The notes beneath the pieces are model-generated. The model saw nothing but the letters and a program-made list of their open reading frames with translations, ran no database searches and was not told the DNA's origin. A stretch of 64,000 nt of DNA, from contig CAXXUO010000001.1 of assembly GCA_963666485.2 (NCBI GenBank), positions 224,001 through 288,000 of the forward strand, given 5' to 3'. The stretch is from Syntrophorhabdaceae bacterium. Lineage in GTDB: Bacteria > Desulfobacterota > Syntrophorhabdia > Syntrophorhabdales > Syntrophorhabdaceae. The position numbers were made by a program, and so were the translations under genes. This document shows, in pieces, positions 60,976 to 64,000 of this stretch (position 1 is its first letter; each line of letters starts with the position of its first letter).

Positions 60976-63900
60976 GAAAGTGGACCGTCTTCGTAACCCG
61001 CAACAGCGGGCTTATCATTGTCCTCATTTCGACTGCGTTTTTGATGTCCCTCTTTGTCGTAAGGGGCCTCAACATAGAGGCCTTTCCGGACCCCTCGCCC
61101 CCCATGGTGCAGATCGTTACGATATACGAGGGAAAGTCGGCGGAGGAGGTTGAAAGGCGGATAACGATCCCTCTCGAGACGGGCCTCGCCGGAATGCGGG
61201 GCATGGAGAGGATAAGTTCGACATCGCTCTACGGCCTGTCCGACGTGAAATGCAAGTTCTCCTACGACATACCGTACAGGGAGGCGCGGCAGGAGGTCTT
61301 GAACCGGCTCGCCGACACGCAGCTTCCCGACGGCGTGAACGCGAACATCATAGCGAGCCCGATGGGCGAGGTCATGCAGTACGTCTTTTACGGGTCGAAC
61401 AACCTCATGGAACTCAGGACGCTGCAGGACTGGACCGTCAGCAGGTACTTGAGGACCGCCCAGGGCGTAGAAGACGTCGCCAGCTACGGCGGCTTCATCA
61501 AGGCATATGTCGTCAAGGTCATACCGGAAGACCTCATTAAATACAACCTCACGTTATCTCAGATCATAGAAGCCCTCCAGAAATCCAACGTCAGCGTCGG
61601 TGGACGGATCGTCGAACTCGGAGACCAGTACTACATGGTCAGGGGACTGGGGCTCATCCGGGACATCAAGGACATCGAGAACAATGTCGTCCAGTACAAG
61701 AACGGCAAGGCGATCCTTATCAAGAACATAGCGGAAGTGAGCCTCGGCAATATTCCGAGGACCGGCATCGTTATCTATAACAGGAGTGATGACGTCGTCA
61801 TGGGCAACGTCATGCTCAGGCGCGGCGAGAAGAGCATCCCTTCCATTCAATCGCTCAACCAGAAGGTCGCCGAGCTCAATGAAAAGATACTCCCCAAGGG
61901 GATCACCATAAAACCTTACTACGAACGGTGGGAGCTGATCCGGACCGTCATCGTAAAGGTCGTTGAAACCGCAACGAGCGGTATCCTGCTCGTAGGGATC
62001 ACGCTCTTTTTGTTCCTGGGTAATTTCCGGGCAGCGATCCTCACCGCTCTCGTCATACCCATCTCGCTCGCCATTACCCTCGCGGTTATGGCGATGAGCG
62101 GGGATTCGGCGAACCTCCTGTCCATCGGGGCCATCGATTTCGGGATCATCGCCGACATCGCCCTCGTCCTTTCCGAGAACTATATCCGCATCGCGAGAAA
62201 ACAGGCAGGAAGGAAGAGCCCCGGGGACAGGCTCCTCGTGCGGGCAATGACCGAGGTCGGCTCCCCGATCATACTCCTCGTTCTCATCATCATCACCGCA
62301 TTCATACCCATATTCACGATGAAAGGTGCTGAGAAGCAGATCTTTTCGCCCATGGCGAAAACATATTCCTATGCCCTTTTCTTTACGCTCCTTTTGACAT
62401 TCACCTATCTCACCGCCTCGATACACCTTTTCATCGAGGGGCGCGAAGGGAAAGACCTGAAATTCGTCGACAAGATGGAGCGGTATTACTCGAAGATAGT
62501 CAGTTCCCTCATGGCAAACGCCCGCAGGGTGCTGACGATAACCGGATGCGTGATATTCGCGGGCTTCATTGTCGGCTACATTGTCATAGGCACGCAGTTC
62601 CTCCCGAAAATGGATGAAGGGAACATTTATATCCGTGTCACGTTCCCCTATTCGATAGCATTGACCAAGACCCACGAAAACGCAAAAAAGGTCCGGGACA
62701 TAATAATGCAGTTCGATGAGATCAAGACGGTCGCCGTACGTGTCGGCAGGCCCGAAGACGGCACCGATGCGACAGGCCCGTTCAACAGCGAGTTCTTCCT
62801 CGGCCTGAAACCCTACTCCAAGTGGAAAAGGGGCATCAGCAAGGAACAGCTGGAAGATGAGCTCAGGACGAAACTGACGCGGCAATTCGCGAACGCAACC
62901 ATCAGTGTCTCGCAATACATGCAGGACAACCTCGAGGAGATGACGTCCGGCGTCAAGGGCGAGAATGCCGTGAAGATCTACGGCGAAGACCTTATCCAGC
63001 TCGACAAGATGGCAAAGGACGTGAAGGAAAAGATGGAGAAGATCCGCGACATCAAAGAGGTCGGGGTATACAGGGAACTCGGGCAGCCGAACCTTCTCAT
63101 CGAGATAAACCGTGAGAACACCGCGTCGCTTGGCCTCAACATCCAGGACGTTCTCGACATGATATCGGCCGCACTCGGCGGCAAGATAGTCAACCAGGTC
63201 ATAGAGGGTGAGAAAAATTTCGCGCTCCAGGTCAGCTTTCCCTATGAATACAGGAACCAGCCGGAAAAGATAGCGAGCATCCCGATCGTCCTCCCGGGGG
63301 GCGGCATCGTGCCTCTTTCCCGGGTCGCACACATCCACTACGACACCGGTGCTTCCTTCATATACCGGGAAAATTACCGGAGATATATCCCGATCAAGTT
63401 CAACGTCGATTCCGGGGACCTCGGCGGGACCGTCGCAAAGGCCAAGAGAGAGGTTGAGAAGGTGCAGCTTCCCAGCGGGTATTTCATGGAATGGAGCGGT
63501 ATGTTCAATGAAATGAAAGCGGCATTCCAGAGGTTCTACATCTCTATCCCGATCGCCATCTTCCTCATCATCATCCTCCTCTATATCTTCTACGGAAACC
63601 TGAGGAACGTGGCACTGACGGTGGTCGCTCCGGTGTGCACGGTATTCGGAGGGCTCATAAGCCTTCTCGTGACAGGTCAGTCGCTCAGCATATCGTCAAT
63701 CGTGGGTTTCGTGTCCATCATAGGCATCTCCACCTTTGACACGTGCATCGTGATCAATCATTATATCGAGGTTTACAAGGAAATCAGGGACAAGGAAAAG
63801 GCGACGTTCCAGACGATCAAGGACAAGTTCAGGTCGATCCTTATGGTTGGCCTCGTAGCATCGATCGGTCTTCTGCCTGCCGCGATATCCCACGGGGTCG

Positions 63901-64000
63901 GCAGCCAGGTGCAAAAACCGCTTGCGATAGTCGTCGTGGGAGGCATGCTCATCGGGACATGCATCATACTTGTTATCGTACCCTTGCTTTTCAAGTATGT
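60972..64000 (+). CDS. CzcA/CusA-family heavy-metal RND transporter (3' end off the window)
   Basis: Manual translation: IEAFPD, EEVERRITIPLE, NLLSIGAIDFGII.D.....EN, FSPMA, FLPKMDEG, GRPEDGTD, QKPLAIVVVGG. Confidence 0.93.
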   Translation, partial: MRKWTVFVTRNSGLIIVLISTAFLMSLFVVRGLNIEAFPDPSPPMVQIVTIYEGKSAEEVERRITIPLETGLAGMRGMERISSTSLYGLSDVKCKFSYDIPYREARQEVLNRLADTQLPDGVNANIIASPMGEVMQYVFYGSNNLMELRTLQDWTVSRYLRTAQGVEDVASYGGFIKAYVVKVIPEDLIKYNLTLSQIIEALQKSNVSVGGRIVELGDQYYMVRGLGLIRDIKDIENNVVQYKNGKAILIKNIAEVSLGNIPRTGIVIYNRSDDVVMGNVMLRRGEKSIPSIQSLNQKVAELNEKILPKGITIKPYYERWELIRTVIVKVVETATSGILLVGITLFLFLGNFRAAILTALVIPISLAITLAVMAMSGDSANLLSIGAIDFGIIADIALVLSENYIRIARKQAGRKSPGDRLLVRAMTEVGSPIILLVLIIITAFIPIFTMKGAEKQIFSPMAKTYSYALFFTLLLTFTYLTASIHLFIEGREGKDLKFVDKMERYYSKIVSSLMANARRVLTITGCVIFAGFIVGYIVIGTQFLPKMDEGNIYIRVTFPYSIALTKTHENAKKVRDIIMQFDEIKTVAVRVGRPEDGTDATGPFNSEFFLGLKPYSKWKRGISKEQLEDELRTKLTRQFANATISVSQYMQDNLEEMTSGVKGENAVKIYGEDLIQLDKMAKDVKEKMEKIRDIKEVGVYRELGQPNLLIEINRENTASLGLNIQDVLDMISAALGGKIVNQVIEGEKNFALQVSFPYEYRNQPEKIASIPIVLPGGGIVPLSRVAHIHYDTGASFIYRENYRRYIPIKFNVDSGDLGGTVAKAKREVEKVQLPSGYFMEWSGMFNEMKAAFQRFYISIPIAIFLIIILLYIFYGNLRNVALTVVAPVCTVFGGLISLLVTGQSLSISSIVGFVSIIGISTFDTCIVINHYIEVYKEIRDKEKATFQTIKDKFRSILMVGLVASIGLLPAAISHGVGSQVQKPLAIVVVGGMLIGTCIILVIVPLLFKY

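Noticed and set aside
61554..63338. 594-aa minus-strand ORF and other long antisense ORFs (e.g. 7332-8432, 39281-40339, 58901-60010)
   Set aside because: Shadows of well-supported genes on the opposite strand in GC-rich DNA

Overview
Core-genome segment of a diderm anaerobe. Gene content and order (rsmG-parA-parB-atpF'FHAGDC without atpB/E, ahbC-hemB-ahbD, selA, ADP-forming acyl-CoA synthetase, CGTC-type REPs) suggest Desulfobacterota/Deltaproteobacteria, possibly a syntroph (inference). It carries tmRNA/smpB, an NtrY-like kinase, pgeF, rluD, selA, a complex I (nuo) operon, tatC, alternative heme biosynthesis genes, tRNA-Pro, F1 plus b subunits of ATP synthase, parAB, redox/housekeeping genes and a TolC-MFP-CzcA/CusA efflux operon running off the right edge. 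No integrase, transposase, prophage or CRISPR was seen. Most unusual signals: (1) an SfrAB-like NADPH-oxidoreductase pair in place of nuoEFG inside the nuo operon; (2) a single-ORF BamD-linker-LptA fusion; (3) a CxxC...RAPP leader peptide whose Pro-Pro codons could act as anti-SD for the efflux operon; (4) a pervasive family of polar, sequence-variable heptamer tandem arrays anchored at gene 3' ends, often supplying the stop codon, forming inverted arms around REP dimers and once sitting in-frame in rluD. All calls are by eye from motifs; no searches were run.
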